A stretch of 64,000 nt of DNA from Nitrosopumilus sp. (GTDB lineage: Archaea; Thermoproteota; Nitrososphaeria; Nitrososphaerales; Nitrosopumilaceae): the NCBI GenBank assembly GCA_965238275.1, contig OZ250186.1, positions 256,001-320,000 of the forward strand. Reading direction: 5' to 3'. The notes under the pieces were generated by a model, which saw only the letters and a list, made by a program, of their open reading frames with translations, did not search any database and was not told where the DNA came from. The position numbers were made by a program, and so were the translations under genes. Below are positions 33,479-45,300 of the stretch, piece after piece (the stretch's first letter is position 1; the number at the start of each line of letters is the position of its first letter).

Positions 33479-34195
33479 GTGTTACATTCAAGAACTGACT
33501 GCCTGGATTTCAAGATTGTGATCCGATAATCCCCAACTTAGCCATACATCTTGTTCTTTCCCTGTCACGTCATTGAGATCCATACGGTGTCACTTCTTCG
33601 TAAGCAATTTTGGCACGTCGTTTTCCTGTTCCATCCCTCTGGTCCTTTCAGCCTGTCTCTGGTAGACCGGGTACACGCCTGGTAGCTGTCAACATGGCAG
33701 CCCGGGTACAGTCATACTTCTTGACTATGTCCTGAAACCCTGTCATTGTCTCTAGCCCGGTTTGTATTGAGAACTCTGTCCTCATGTCCTGTCCCCTGTT
33801 CCGGCCTTATCGACATAGACGTGGTTGGCGGCCTGGTAGATGTGATCAGATTCATACCAGACAGGGTACCAGAGGACAAAAACACCCTAGAGAACTTTGT
33901 ACATTTCAGATCTGTTCAACACCAGATTCGAGTAATATTCCGCCTCGGCTGTAGTCTCGGATTTCGCTTCGCGTTGGAGGTCGGCCTCCGGCTCCGCCTC
34001 CGGCCTCTCCCGGAACCGTCACCAGTAACCACCCCCACGAACGCCGCTAGGTCCCACACACAGCTCCCAGACACCGTTGCCCCATACGAGTCCCACACAC
34101 GAGTATGGAGCCATCCCCATGATGTATCATTCGCTCCTACGGAATATCATGGAATCATTCCACTATGGAGTAATATCAGGCTCCGTTTGACTAGT

Positions 34196-34471
34196 GTCTG
34201 ACTACGTCAGACTATGTGTCGGGCTCCGCCCGACTAAGGTCCAACAAGGTTGGACTATAGACGGCCTACGGCCGTCTGAGAGCACGCCCCCCCTTGTTCT
34301 AGTGTCCGGCAAAGCCGGACTATGGTACGGCCATAAGGCCGTACATGTACATGAGATTCTCTTAGAGAATCTCTGGGCTCGGCCCTTGGGGGCCGTAGAA
34401 CCGGCCTTGTGGCCGGATGGTATAGAATCCCATCACGGGATTCACGGTACAGTCAAGCCTTATGGCTTGAC
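34196..34471. repeat. Array of 11 short perfect inverted repeats (6-9 bp stems, 3-5 nt loops)
   Basis: e.g. GTCTGAC-TAC-GTCAGAC, GTCGGGC-TCC-GCCCGAC, GTCCAAC-AAG-GTTGGAC, AGACGGCC-TAC-GGCCGTCT, GTCCGGC-AAA-GCCGGAC, GAGATTCTC-TTA-GAGAATCTC. Confidence 0.92.
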
Positions 34472-34718
34472 ATGGATCCATTGGCAGTTCACGGTTGAGA
34501 TATGCTCTTTGTGTGCGCAGACAACCGACGCCGAAGCCGGAAGAGGCATCGCAGCCATAAGAGATGCCGTCAGTAAGAGCCAAAAACCCAAAAAACGAAT
34601 AAAGATTCCGGCAAAGACAGTTACGCTCCTAACTTTTCAAATCTCGGCGTACGGGATTGATTGTAATCCGGCAATGATTTTCGTGTTCCCCCGCATCCAT
34701 GACAGTACTCACATACAA

Positions 34719-37700
34719 TTAGAATGTGCGGTAATCCAATATGGATTTGCCTGACTGTGCGTCGTCAGGCGGCACCGTGCCCGGCGGGACGTCATTTGAT
34801 GATGAGTCGTGCGGTGGCGGATCACCGTCTACCGGCGTATCATCTGATGGTTCATCATCAGGCCGTATGTCAGAATCATCACTTGACGGCGGATCGTCAT
34901 TTGGTGGCGGATCGCCAGTGTCGAATTCATCCGCGTCGGAATCCTCGGGTTCCGTATCCTCAGGCTTGGCAGACGTAATGATTCGCGTCTCACCGCCCTC
35001 ATGATCCATTATGAACGCCGTGACTTTTTCCTTTATCGGACCTTCCCCTATCCTGTCGTATTCATCTTCAAGTTCCTTGTTGAACGACCACGCGTGGTAT
35101 TCACTGAATCCGGATTCGACCCATTTTTGCATGTTCTGCCCTGCGAGCTCGGGGTGGGAATCAACTTTTCCCTCTGGCTCTATCCTCACGGATATCGGGC
35201 TGTCGGTGTTGTAGTCGTACGCGACCATGTCTATGTGGTGCCAGTCGTTTCGTCCAAGCTGAACCGCCATCTCCAGAAAAAACCCTTTCCCTAAATAATA
35301 TTCGGAGACTATGGGGATTGCCTCCTTTATGTCCAGCGTCTTGCCCACCTCGTTGGAGCCGAAGGACAACTTGCCCATTGCAAAATCCGTGAGGCTGTAT
35401 TTGCCCTTGCGTCCCTCATCTTGGGTTACAAGTTTGGCACCTATCATCTCCTTCAATATGTCAGCTATCTCGTCCCGTGCGCGCGTGCCAGAGATAGGCT
35501 TGTTCTGCGGGTTGTACAGCTCTGTTATGGCTGTCAAGCTGAACTGCCTGTGTTGCAGTATCCTCATGATGTGCCAGTGGTCGTGCGACGGGATCCGTTT
35601 GTCTGCCACGCTCATCTTCCAGCGATTCTTTTCCATTTTCTTGGCATCGAGCATCGATATTTCCGGTTCCCGGTTCATGTAGAGTTTCTTTTGAGACTGT
35701 ATGAATTCTTTCCATTCCTCGTCGGATATGTTGGAACGGCAGACCTCGTCTGCGACCGGGTCAAAGTGCGTCCAGAACTGCACCGGCAGCGGCATCTCTT
35801 GCCCGGCTTCCGGCGCTATCCTGGCAATCCAGTGGTGTTTTGGCTGCGTCGCTATCTTTTCCTTGATCTCGTTGGCGTATTTTGGATCCCACGCCGACGC
35901 CAGCCTCTGGGCGTCGTTACCCTCGAGATGCCCCGCCATCTGCAGCCCGAAGTTCGTGGTTATGCTGCTGAGTTTGTTGTCATCCAATTGTTTGAGGTTT
36001 TGGTGCGCGAGTATCAGCCCGAGGCCCTTTGATCTTGCCTGCGATATCATCGTCTCCAGCACCCCTATGCTCTTTATCTTTTGGAACTCGTCGAGCGCGA
36101 GCACTACCTGCGTCCTGTCCTTTATTGATACCGTGGACGAACGGAACGAGACCTCGAACCACAGTTTCATGACGAAAGCCTGCATTGCAATGCCTATCTT
36201 GTCAAGCCCGATATCTGACTCGCTGAACCTTACCACGGTGTAGTGCCCAGGCCTGATCAAATCGCGGAAATTTATCGTCGACTTGCGCCTGCAGAACATC
36301 TGCCTCATCGTGTTGCTCACGACGAATTTCTCCAGTCTGTTCAGTACGGGCTCGAACGACTTTGCGTCCATGTCTGCAATCGACTGGAGCGCCATGTCCA
36401 GATCTCCGCTTGGCTCTCCTAGCGCGTCGTACATCACGCGCAGATAGTTCTTATCTGTCTGGATGTTCTGGATCATCTCGTACATGTCCTTGAAAGTCGG
36501 CTTGTCTTCCCCGACGTACAGGAAGAGCAGCAGGCTGTGCAGGATGCGGTTCATCCGGACGAACGCGTCCGAGTTGCCGTACCAGCCCTTGATCATGTCG
36601 AAAAAGTACCCCACGTACAGGTCCACGATTGCGTCCCTGTCCTCCTTATCGTACGGCGGCAACTCCAGCGGGTTGAGCGTAAAGTAGGTCTTTGACGGAT
36701 CCAGGTAATGTATCTTGTCGCCGTATATGGTGGAGCGTTCACACTGCCGGAGCAAGAACTCGGTGTCGTCGCCCTTTGGGTCGAAATAAATACAGGCGTT
36801 GGACCAGCCTATGCCGAGCTCCCTGAGGGTCTTGTTCTGGTCGAGATCGGCCAGGAGTTTCTTTGTTTCCATGTCGCACGGGATCATCCTCACAGGCACG
36901 TCCTGCCGAAGAGAAGCGTACAGGTTTGCCATCTCCAGATGTTTAAACATCACCTTGATTATGGAACTCTTGCCGCTGCCTGTTCCGCCTGACACGTATA
37001 CGTGGCATGCAAAATCATCTGGGGACATGGTGACTGCATCGATGGCGCTGGGGGCGTATTCTCGTCCAAACTGCCTGTAATATTCTTCCTGGTTGAAGGT
37101 GTTCTGTGGTTCAAATCTTCCTATGTTGAACCCCGGTTTGTTTATCTGCTGCGACGGCAGGACGGCGCCCCGCGTGGTGCTGATGTTGGGGGTGGACGGC
37201 TTCGGCAGGTGTATGTATGTCGGCATCTCGTTTGGAAGCGCTATTATGAACGGCGGCGAGCGGCGCGGCTTGTAAGAGCCCATCATTCCCTTGCGCATGT
37301 AATTGTCAAATATCTCGTAGCCGAACTTTCGCACGTCTGGGAGCAGGCGGAATGGGAACATGTCTATGCGCTGTCTCATCGTGTGCTGCTGCTCGACGTT
37401 GATGTAATCGGCCTTGTCGAGATTGCGGTTGAAGAAAGACGAGTGCCTGTACTTGAACGTCGTGAGGTAGTCGTAGGCGCACCTGATTGGTTCGAACGAT
37501 ATGGAGCCCATCACGTTGATGTCTGATATCGTCCCGGTATCCACGAGTCCGCGTATCGAGACCATCGTGTGCGGCCCCTGTCGTTTTTTGACGGCATCGG
37601 CATGGAGTGTAGGATAGTTGGTTTGAAAGTCGCCGTTTGCCTCCGGGTGCTCCTTCCTTGCTTCGGGTTTCGGCTTTCCGCTGAAGTTGATCTTCATGCC

Positions 37701-38282
37701 GTCAAGGATGCTGCCTCCTGTAATGTTCTTCTGTATCTTGCTGCGGTGGGCGCTGATAATATTCACGTGCCTGTTGAGGAAATACGTAAAGTCGTACTTG
37801 CAAAATACGACCTGCACCCACGCGGACTGGGCGCCCTGTATGGTGTTGGCGATGTTGGACAGCACCCACTGGGCCTCGTCTTCCTTGAACGCGGCAGTGT
37901 AGTGGCCGTGGTAATATCCGACGTCGAATATCTTGTATGGTATGGTCTTGTCATAGAAATCAGGATCAGGTTTTTCAAGCGGGATTATTTGGGCCCCGGG
38001 GTACATGTTGAGGAATGCCTGTTTGTATATTTGCGCGTCATCAGGCACCGTGACAATCACTATTTTGAGTTTCTTGGTCTCCCCGTCCCACCATATCTCG
38101 AACGATCTCACGGTGTCCGATGCCAGGCCGGCCGCGGCGTGCTTGATCATGTTCTCGTCGGAGTTGAGCGGTACCAATACTTCCATCGCCTTGCGCTCGG
38201 CGCCTTGGCCGATAAAGTCGGTTATCCCGTCCAGCCTGCCTTTCTGCTTGCGCGCGTTTGATATACTCCAAGTGTTACCCAT
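34719..38282 (-). CDS. VirD4/TraG- or HerA-like P-loop ATPase (1187 aa)
   Basis: Walker A GGTGSGKS, FDPKGD, Walker B LALDEFQ, ARSKGLGLILAHQ; acidic Pro/Asp-rich tail. Confidence 0.8.
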   Translation of the reverse strand: MGNTWSISNARKQKGRLDGITDFIGQGAERKAMEVLVPLNSDENMIKHAAAGLASDTVRSFEIWWDGETKKLKIVIVTVPDDAQIYKQAFLNMYPGAQIIPLEKPDPDFYDKTIPYKIFDVGYYHGHYTAAFKEDEAQWVLSNIANTIQGAQSAWVQVVFCKYDFTYFLNRHVNIISAHRSKIQKNITGGSILDGMKINFSGKPKPEARKEHPEANGDFQTNYPTLHADAVKKRQGPHTMVSIRGLVDTGTISDINVMGSISFEPIRCAYDYLTTFKYRHSSFFNRNLDKADYINVEQQHTMRQRIDMFPFRLLPDVRKFGYEIFDNYMRKGMMGSYKPRRSPPFIIALPNEMPTYIHLPKPSTPNISTTRGAVLPSQQINKPGFNIGRFEPQNTFNQEEYYRQFGREYAPSAIDAVTMSPDDFACHVYVSGGTGSGKSSIIKVMFKHLEMANLYASLRQDVPVRMIPCDMETKKLLADLDQNKTLRELGIGWSNACIYFDPKGDDTEFLLRQCERSTIYGDKIHYLDPSKTYFTLNPLELPPYDKEDRDAIVDLYVGYFFDMIKGWYGNSDAFVRMNRILHSLLLFLYVGEDKPTFKDMYEMIQNIQTDKNYLRVMYDALGEPSGDLDMALQSIADMDAKSFEPVLNRLEKFVVSNTMRQMFCRRKSTINFRDLIRPGHYTVVRFSESDIGLDKIGIAMQAFVMKLWFEVSFRSSTVSIKDRTQVVLALDEFQKIKSIGVLETMISQARSKGLGLILAHQNLKQLDDNKLSSITTNFGLQMAGHLEGNDAQRLASAWDPKYANEIKEKIATQPKHHWIARIAPEAGQEMPLPVQFWTHFDPVADEVCRSNISDEEWKEFIQSQKKLYMNREPEISMLDAKKMEKNRWKMSVADKRIPSHDHWHIMRILQHRQFSLTAITELYNPQNKPISGTRARDEIADILKEMIGAKLVTQDEGRKGKYSLTDFAMGKLSFGSNEVGKTLDIKEAIPIVSEYYLGKGFFLEMAVQLGRNDWHHIDMVAYDYNTDSPISVRIEPEGKVDSHPELAGQNMQKWVESGFSEYHAWSFNKELEDEYDRIGEGPIKEKVTAFIMDHEGGETRIITSAKPEDTEPEDSDADEFDTGDPPPNDDPPSSDDSDIRPDDEPSDDTPVDGDPPPHDSSSNDVPPGTVPPDDAQSGKSILDYRTF

Positions 38283-38289
38283 CAGGGAT

Positions 38290-39060
38290 TACCCCCATGA
38301 AAAAGATGGTTCGCTGAATTACGGGGAATTGTACACAAAGGCTGCACAGCCTCCGGCTGCAGGCGCCTGCCTTTGTCCGATGCCCCGGCGGTTCCTCCCG
38401 TGTTTGGCACCTGCACGACCTTACTTGAGGCGTCGGAGCGGCCGAGTTCAAGTTGCATCCGGATCCTCGCGCATTTCGTCTGCCTTTCCTGCGACCGCCC
38501 GAGCGCAGGCCCATGGGTATTTTTTGCCGTATTGGCATCGGCGTGTCTGCATGAAACGCAAAGAGATCCCCCCTGTCCCGGGTTTTTCTATCAGCCCTTC
38601 TGCAGGCATCACACGCGTCGCCGGCGTTGTGCGGTGGGACATGGATTGTTTTTGCGGCAGCGCGTACGGCCCCGTGGACAACACCAAGCATGGCAGCGCA
38701 TTGCCGCCCGCCCGCCCGCATCAAATCATGCACGTGCCACACGGGAACCAGATTCCCGCATGGATCACGGCATGTCATCGGGTCTGCCAAGTTTTCCTTT
38801 ACGGTAAAATTGAAAAGGCGCCTGTGACAAACGACGATGCCGTAAATCTTCTTGAATATCTCCGGGAATTGCCTAGCGTCGGGGATGCTCATATGGGTAA
38901 TGGCACGTTGAGCACGATCATTCAGATATGTGGTACCGTTTTGTACCGTAGTTTTTTTCATTTATGTTGTATGTTACCACACCAGATATTTAAATCTGTA
39001 AAAATTCAAAAATTCATAAATTTGCTTGATTTGGCCCATGTTAACTGTCCCAAGATATGC
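38290..39060 (-). pseudogene. Degenerate tnpB remnant (boundaries approximate)
   Basis: VPPHN..CDAC..D...R...FHAD resembles the TnpB C-terminal zinc ribbon/RuvC-III. Confidence 0.45.
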
Positions 39061-39295
39061 GCACGGGGTTAGACAAATACGCAAGTAGTCCTGATGAGGC
39101 AATGGCCAGGGCCATAACACAGGTAGCCGATAGCGTCTTGCCTGATATGGTAGAATCTGTTCGTGTGACGACATAGAATCTATTTGTGCTTGTCGAGCCT
39201 GCACTGAAGATCAAAAATTCGTGCACGGCATCATGTATTTTCTGCCGGCAAGTTTGGGAAGAACGAGCATGAACCTGTCGGTTTGATGGCATAAT

Positions 39296-41076
39296 AGAGA
39301 ATATGCGTAATCCCCTATTCACATCGATAAATTTAGATCAGGCACGATCGCGTCTCACATCAAATGCCAGACTCGCCTGATCAGATCATATCCAAGTTAC
39401 AGCAGGAAAACAAAAGCCTAAAAAATATTCTAAATCAAAAAGACAAAAAGCTGGAGCAGAAAGACAAAAAGCTGGAGCAGAAAGACAAAAGCCTAAAAAA
39501 TATTCTAAAGCAGAAAGACAAAAAGCTGGAGCAGAAAGACAAAAAGTTGGAGCAGAAAGACAGGGAGCTGGGCCTTGAGCGCGGCCTGTGGAAGAGCAGG
39601 GACGATGGCTGGAACCCCGGCAAGGGACCCGCGCTGCACCTGCTAGAGGTGCTAGACGGCATAATACGCGACGGGGACAAGCTCCGTCAGGCCACGCTGG
39701 CAGACGGGGAACAGTTCCGGTACATGCTGGAGCGGGCCAAGGTATTCCTGGTGCATTCGGGCCAGATGCCGCTGTTCCGCGATAACGCATCCCGGGCATC
39801 CGATCCCGGAAACCGGTGCAAGCTGTACCTGAGGCACGCGCTGCTCATGGCACTTGTCCACAAAAAGGACAACCCCGCCCAGGGCGTGCTTGCCGCGTTC
39901 TTCGGGATAGACCAGACCACCGTGTCCCGGTACCTTCCGGTGATGGACGCGATGCTGGCAGGAATACTCCCGACGGCAGACAACATATCCGAGGAGGTAG
40001 CTGCCGCCCCGACCAAGGAGGATTTCAAGAAGATCGTGCCCGGGCCAGACGGGGGCGAGATATTCATAGACGGCACGCGCTGCTCATGGCACTTGTCCAC
40101 AAAAAGGACAACCCCGCCCAGGGCGTGCTTGCCGCGTTCTTCGGGATAGACCAGACCACCGTGTCCCGGTACCTTCCGGTGATGGACGCGATGCTGGCAG
40201 GAATACTCCCGACGGCAGACAACATATCCGAGGAGGTAGCTGCCGCCCCGACCAAGGAGGATTTCAAGAAGATCGTGCCCGGGCCAGACGGGGGCGAGAT
40301 ATTCATAGACGGCACGCACTGCCCCATACAGCGCCCGTCTGTAAAGTCAGTCCGGCGCATGAAATACTCCGGCAAGAAGAAAAAGTTCACCAATAACACC
40401 AACGTGTACACCAACCAGAACGGGGTGGTGATCGGCATGTCAAAAAGCACCGTCGGGTCAGTCGGCGACATCACGCTGCTCAAGGAACGCCCCATGCCGT
40501 TTGGAAAGTGGGAGAAGGCGATGCACGATCCGGACCTGCCAGAATCAGACAGGTGCCACCCCTTCGTCGACCGCGGCTACCAGGGAATCGCAGACCACCT
40601 GCCCGGCACCACGCCGGAGATCCCGTACAAGAAGACCAAAAAGACGCCGCTGACGCCGGAGCAAAAAAAGCACAACCACAGGATCAACTCCACCCGGGTG
40701 TTGGTGGAGCACACGATAGGCAGGCTCAAGCGCTACGCGCGTCTTGCCGACCCGTACGACGGCAACGCAGCCGGGTTCAACAGGGAGTTCAACGTGATCA
40801 CCGGGCTGGTAAACCTGAACCTTTTGTGGGACTGCATGGAAAAGGGTCCGCCGCCACCGGGGCAGTGGAAGACGTCAGTAGACTGGGACAGGGCCTGCTC
40901 CGAAGCTCCGGTCAAGTAGAATTCAGGGCACGATGAAGTGCTGCAAGGCTGCGCACGTCATTTTGGATTTTGGGGTGAACAGACTTGCCACATACACGAC
41001 ACGAGCAGTTTTAGGCCGTATTTTTCCGGTTTTTTATGGCCGGGTTGGCAAAATGGGTGGATTACGCATATCTTCT
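39296..41076 (+). mobile_element. IS5-family element copy 3; transposase frameshifted by an internal 239-bp tandem duplication
   Basis: Same TIRs; TSD AAT; 39833-40071 repeated at 40072-40310. Confidence 0.88.
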
Positions 41077-41084
41077 AATGAGAT

Positions 41085-41745
41085 ATGAACGACACCAAAC
41101 GGGAAGAACTCGAAAAGGCGTGCAAAAAGGAAAAGGACCACAAGGTCCGGGCCAGGATGGTCGCGGTTCGCATGATTCGCGTGCTCAACATGTCCGTGGA
41201 GGAGACTGCCAGCATTCAGGCACGTTGTCCCACCTGGGTCCGTAACTGGCTGCGTCGCTACGACAACGGGGGCCTGGAAGGCCTCTGGGATCTTCCCAGA
41301 TGCGGACGGTCCAGAAGAATCCCGCAAAACGTCATGGAAAACATGATTGCAAACGTGGCCGGTCCCCGCATCACCCCGGTGGGGCTGCAGCAGTACATAC
41401 GGGCGCAGACTCACTAATCTTCACATCACGTACATTCGAAAGATCATGCATCAGTACGACCTGTCCCCAAAGGTAGCACAAAAGATACACATCAACAGGG
41501 CAGGCAGAAAAGCAGTCTGGAACTGGTGATACCGCCTCAAACGGCGGATTTCGTGTCTGGAAAGGGAGGGATTTGCCGTAATCATGCAAGACAAGGCGTT
41601 TTTCATACACGACACCGTGTCCAGCCAAAAGTATTGGTCTCCCAAGGGCAGACGGATAAACGTGCCATACACCGGAAGCCATAGGAAGGTCACCATATAC
41701 GGGTCACTTACCCTGGACGGCAGACAGTTCTTCGGATGTACGACC
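41085..41745 (+). pseudogene. Degenerate IS630-family transposase
   Basis: MNDTKREELEK..DLPRCGR HTH region with stops/frameshifts; truncated. Confidence 0.75.
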
Positions 41746-41808
41746 CACTGGTGTAGCCGCGTCTTCGCGGCCGTGCATCGGAGATTACTATGGACTCGTC
41801 CTGTATCG

Positions 41809-42300
41809 CTACGACTGTCCCTTCGCTGTTCTTTTTTTTATAAGCTCTGGCAGCTCTTTTTGGAATTTCCTGATCTCCTCGTCAGGTGCCCTTCTTGCAT
41901 GCTTTCCTACCGGGACCTTCTGGGAGTAGCCCCAGCTCCGCAGCATGTACCGCACGTGCGTGAGGTTGTACTTTACCCCCGTCTTCTGCCTGATGTATTC
42001 CCGCATCTCCCTGCCCGTCCAGATCAGCTTACTGCGCGCGTTTTTCCGAATCCGCCCCATGTCTGTCCTGCTTACCTTGGTCGGCCTGCCGGAGCGCGGA
42101 AGGTTTCCCAGCCTGTCAAAGCCGACTTCCCGATAGCGTTTGTGCCACTTGTAGCCCCACGCCGGCGACTTGCCAAGGGATTTTGCAGCATCGCTCATGG
42201 CTGCTCCATCGCGCTTGATCATGATTATCAGCATCATGCGATCCTTGACATTGCAGTCTTTCTCAGCGGCGTATCTTTTCAACATCGTCTTGATCTTCAT
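41809..42300 (-). CDS. IS630-family ORF A (HTH part); DDE part truncated
   Basis: LPRSGRP and winged-HTH pattern; A-rich slippery run near the 3' end. Confidence 0.7.
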   Translation of the reverse strand: MKIKTMLKRYAAEKDCNVKDRMMLIIMIKRDGAAMSDAAKSLGKSPAWGYKWHKRYREVGFDRLGNLPRSGRPTKVSRTDMGRIRKNARSKLIWTGREMREYIRQKTGVKYNLTHVRYMLRSWGYSQKVPVGKHARRAPDEEIRKFQKELPELIKKRTAKGQS

Positions 42301-42361
42301 TGACTATGTGATTCGGGATGAGCATAACACTGCATGCGAAAAAAATCTTTTACAATCGTAT

Positions 42362-45300
42362 GTAAGAGGTCGCCTTTGCGAAGCGATTCCGTGCCTGATC
42401 TGTTCCGATTAATTACCAACTGAGCTACGTTTTTGACCATAAATGCCCGATTAATTGCACGTTATCAACACGGTCCTCAGGCAGGGTGGTTTTCGGATCA
42501 AGGCTCTTCCGGTTGGATCTTTTGCGCCGCATTTTCCGGCAGGCGCTGCGTGCCCAAAAGCTTTATGGATCATGAACTTTGTTTCCTAATTATCCCCAGC
42601 CACGCCCAACAGATCCAGAATCAGGTCGGACCAGCTGAATTTGAACACATTATCAAGCATCTTCAATAGAAAACCACATTGATCAGAGAGGTGTGCAGAC
42701 AGTCAGGTTATCGCCATGACTGAAAACACATCCTCTCCAGACAAAACGGGCACGCATGAGGCTAAAAAATCTTTCAAATCCAAAGAACGCCGGTTCCAGT
42801 ACGATGACCGCAGGTACATAGACCGCGGCCAGTTGTGGACGCTCCAGATAAGCCCGGAGATCCTGACTCAGGGGGTCGAGAAGCTAAACTGCGGGAAGGT
42901 AGGCCGCCCGTACGTATTTTCAAACGCGTGCTTTGCAGCAGCATCCCTGTTCAAAAACGCCACCGGCATAAGGTACAGGCAGCTCCAGGGTCTGGCAGAG
43001 ACGATAGTCGGCAAGGAAAACGCGCCCACGTACTCGGCGTTCCAGAAGAGGATGACCAAGCTTGGCTGCACTGTTGCAGACAATGATGATGGTAGCGGCA
43101 CGGCTTCTGCGTGGTTCTCAGACGGCGGCACCCGGGCCGAGATCAAGCTGTTTGCCTTCGACTCCACTGGACTCAAGCCCACAAACCGCGGCGACTGGAT
43201 GACAGAAAAGTGGGGGACCAGGCGGGGCTTCATAAAGCTGCACGTCGGGGTGGATGCCAAAACCAAAAAGATCTACGCCGTGGCCATAACCGACGACAAG
43301 TGCGGGGACTCTCCGCAGTTTGAGGAACTGGTGGGGCAGGCCCTTGCAAATGCAAAAAAATCACCAAACTCAGACACTTCTGCAGGCACCAAGGCGGCAG
43401 CCGACGGCGCGTACGACACCCAGAAGATCCGCAGGTACTGCGACGAGCAGGGAATCGAGCCGCTGATTCCCGTCCGCATCGACTTTGCCGGAAAGGCGAA
43501 CGGGTGCATGCCCCGCAAGGAGGCAGGATTCAGGCAGCTGGGGGACCTGGACTGCATGGACAAGACGGCAGAACGCAAGTTTGCAGGCCTCACGCGCGAA
43601 CAAAAGAGGGAATTCCAGAAGGCGTGGCGCAGGGAGTCAGGGTACAACGACCGGTGGTCAGTCGAGATTGTATTTTCCACGTTCAAGCGGGTGTTGGGCG
43701 AGTGCATAAGCGCGCGCAAGTGGGAGAACGTCAAGGCCGAGATATACGGAAAGGTGCAGCTGTACAACCAGATGATCGATACTGCAATCGACAACGGGTA
43801 CGGCACGCCAAGGATCGTGCAAGCCTACAAGCCCGGCCCAAGGACTGCAAGGGAAGGGGGCAAGACGACGACGTAGGCAGAATTGCACAGACGAGTATCT
43901 GTGTCGAGCGTAATTAGGAAACAGAGTTGGATCATGCCTTCCCGTGTTATGGCGTGGTGCCTGTAATCGACTTGGAAAAGATTGACTGGGACTCCGTAAC
44001 CGACACCAAGTCCCTCTTCGAATCCGTCTTGGACATGCTCAAATCCAAGGACGAGGAGAGCATGGCACTGAGAAAAGACATCGAGCAGCTGAAGGAGGAG
44101 GCAGAGGCCTTCTCAGGGGAACATGCGATGCTGACGGAGATGGATGCCAGGATCAAACTGCTGGAAGAAGAGAATGTGCAAAAGGACTCCGAGATAGAGA
44201 AGCTGCGGGCAGAAAACGCCGCCCTCCTACAGGGATGCGACGTCTCGCAGGCAGTCATGGACAGGATAGCCCGCCTGGAACAGCAGGCATCAGAGCATGC
44301 CTCTCAGTTAAGGGAGGCGCGCGCGGCCAACTCGGCGCTGGCAGCCGAGAATCTGGGCATCAAAAGCCGCCGCTCCAAGAAGCGGCTCCGGGAATCACCC
44401 GGGCCTGCACCAGACCCGTTCAGAAAGGTCGTCTGCCTGCGCACCGGCCGTGATCCTCCCCCGATATCCGAAAAAAAGATAGTCGACATGTCCGCCTGCC
44501 CGCACGGCCACGCCCTATCGACAGAACCCACCGAGGTAACCTTCCGGGTAGTCGAGGAGATCATCGACGGGAAACTGACCGGCATCCAGTATACCATTAT
44601 TCGCAGGTACTGCAGGGAATGCGGCAGGCAGTTTGCCCCCGAGATCCCGGGAGTCGTCCCCGGTGGGCGGTTCGGCGCCAGCCTGACGTGCCTTGAGACG
44701 ACGATGAGGATGTACGGCATTCCCTACGAAATCATCCGCAAGCTGATCAACATAATCCACCACACAAACCTTGCAAAGTCGACTGTCATCGGCCACGTGG
44801 ATGCCGTGACAGGATCCCTCCACCCGCTCTACGAGGAGATGCTCGAGGATATGTTCTTCTCAGGGCATGTCTTTGGCGACGAGACCAGCTGGAGGGTAGC
44901 CGGTGTGCTGTACTGGCTGTGGATACTAGTCGGCTCCGACTCGGCTGTCTTTTACGTGGACAAGCGCCGGGGAGGAGACGTGCTGGAGGCCCTGCTTGGA
45001 GGGTACGCAGGCCACGTCACCTCTGATTCACACGCTGCGTGGAACCGCATCGGCAGGACCCACCAAAAGTGCCACTACCACTACCTCCGCGAGATCCTCC
45101 GCACCCTGACCATGAAAAACCCGGGGCCAGAATTCAAAAAGTTTGCCAAGGCCCTAAAGGGGATAATCATCGATTCCTGGCACGCAGAGAAGGGACTCAA
45201 CCCGCATGACGACAAGGCCGCGCGAAACCTCAAGGTGCGCAACCTCCTGGCCCGGGTAAGGCGCCTGATGTCTGGCAGCTACACCGAACCCCACTGCAAG

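Noticed and set aside
34196-34471. CRISPR or terminator cluster
   Set aside because: There is no constant repeat and no U-tracts, and the linkers are too short to be spacers.
33746-34754. 151-aa and 186-aa ORFs across module 2
   Set aside because: They have no protein-like features and overlap the palindrome array; probably spurious.
38005-39072. 355-aa plus-strand ORF
   Set aside because: It is antisense to the ATPase start and the tnpB remnant; a shadow ORF.
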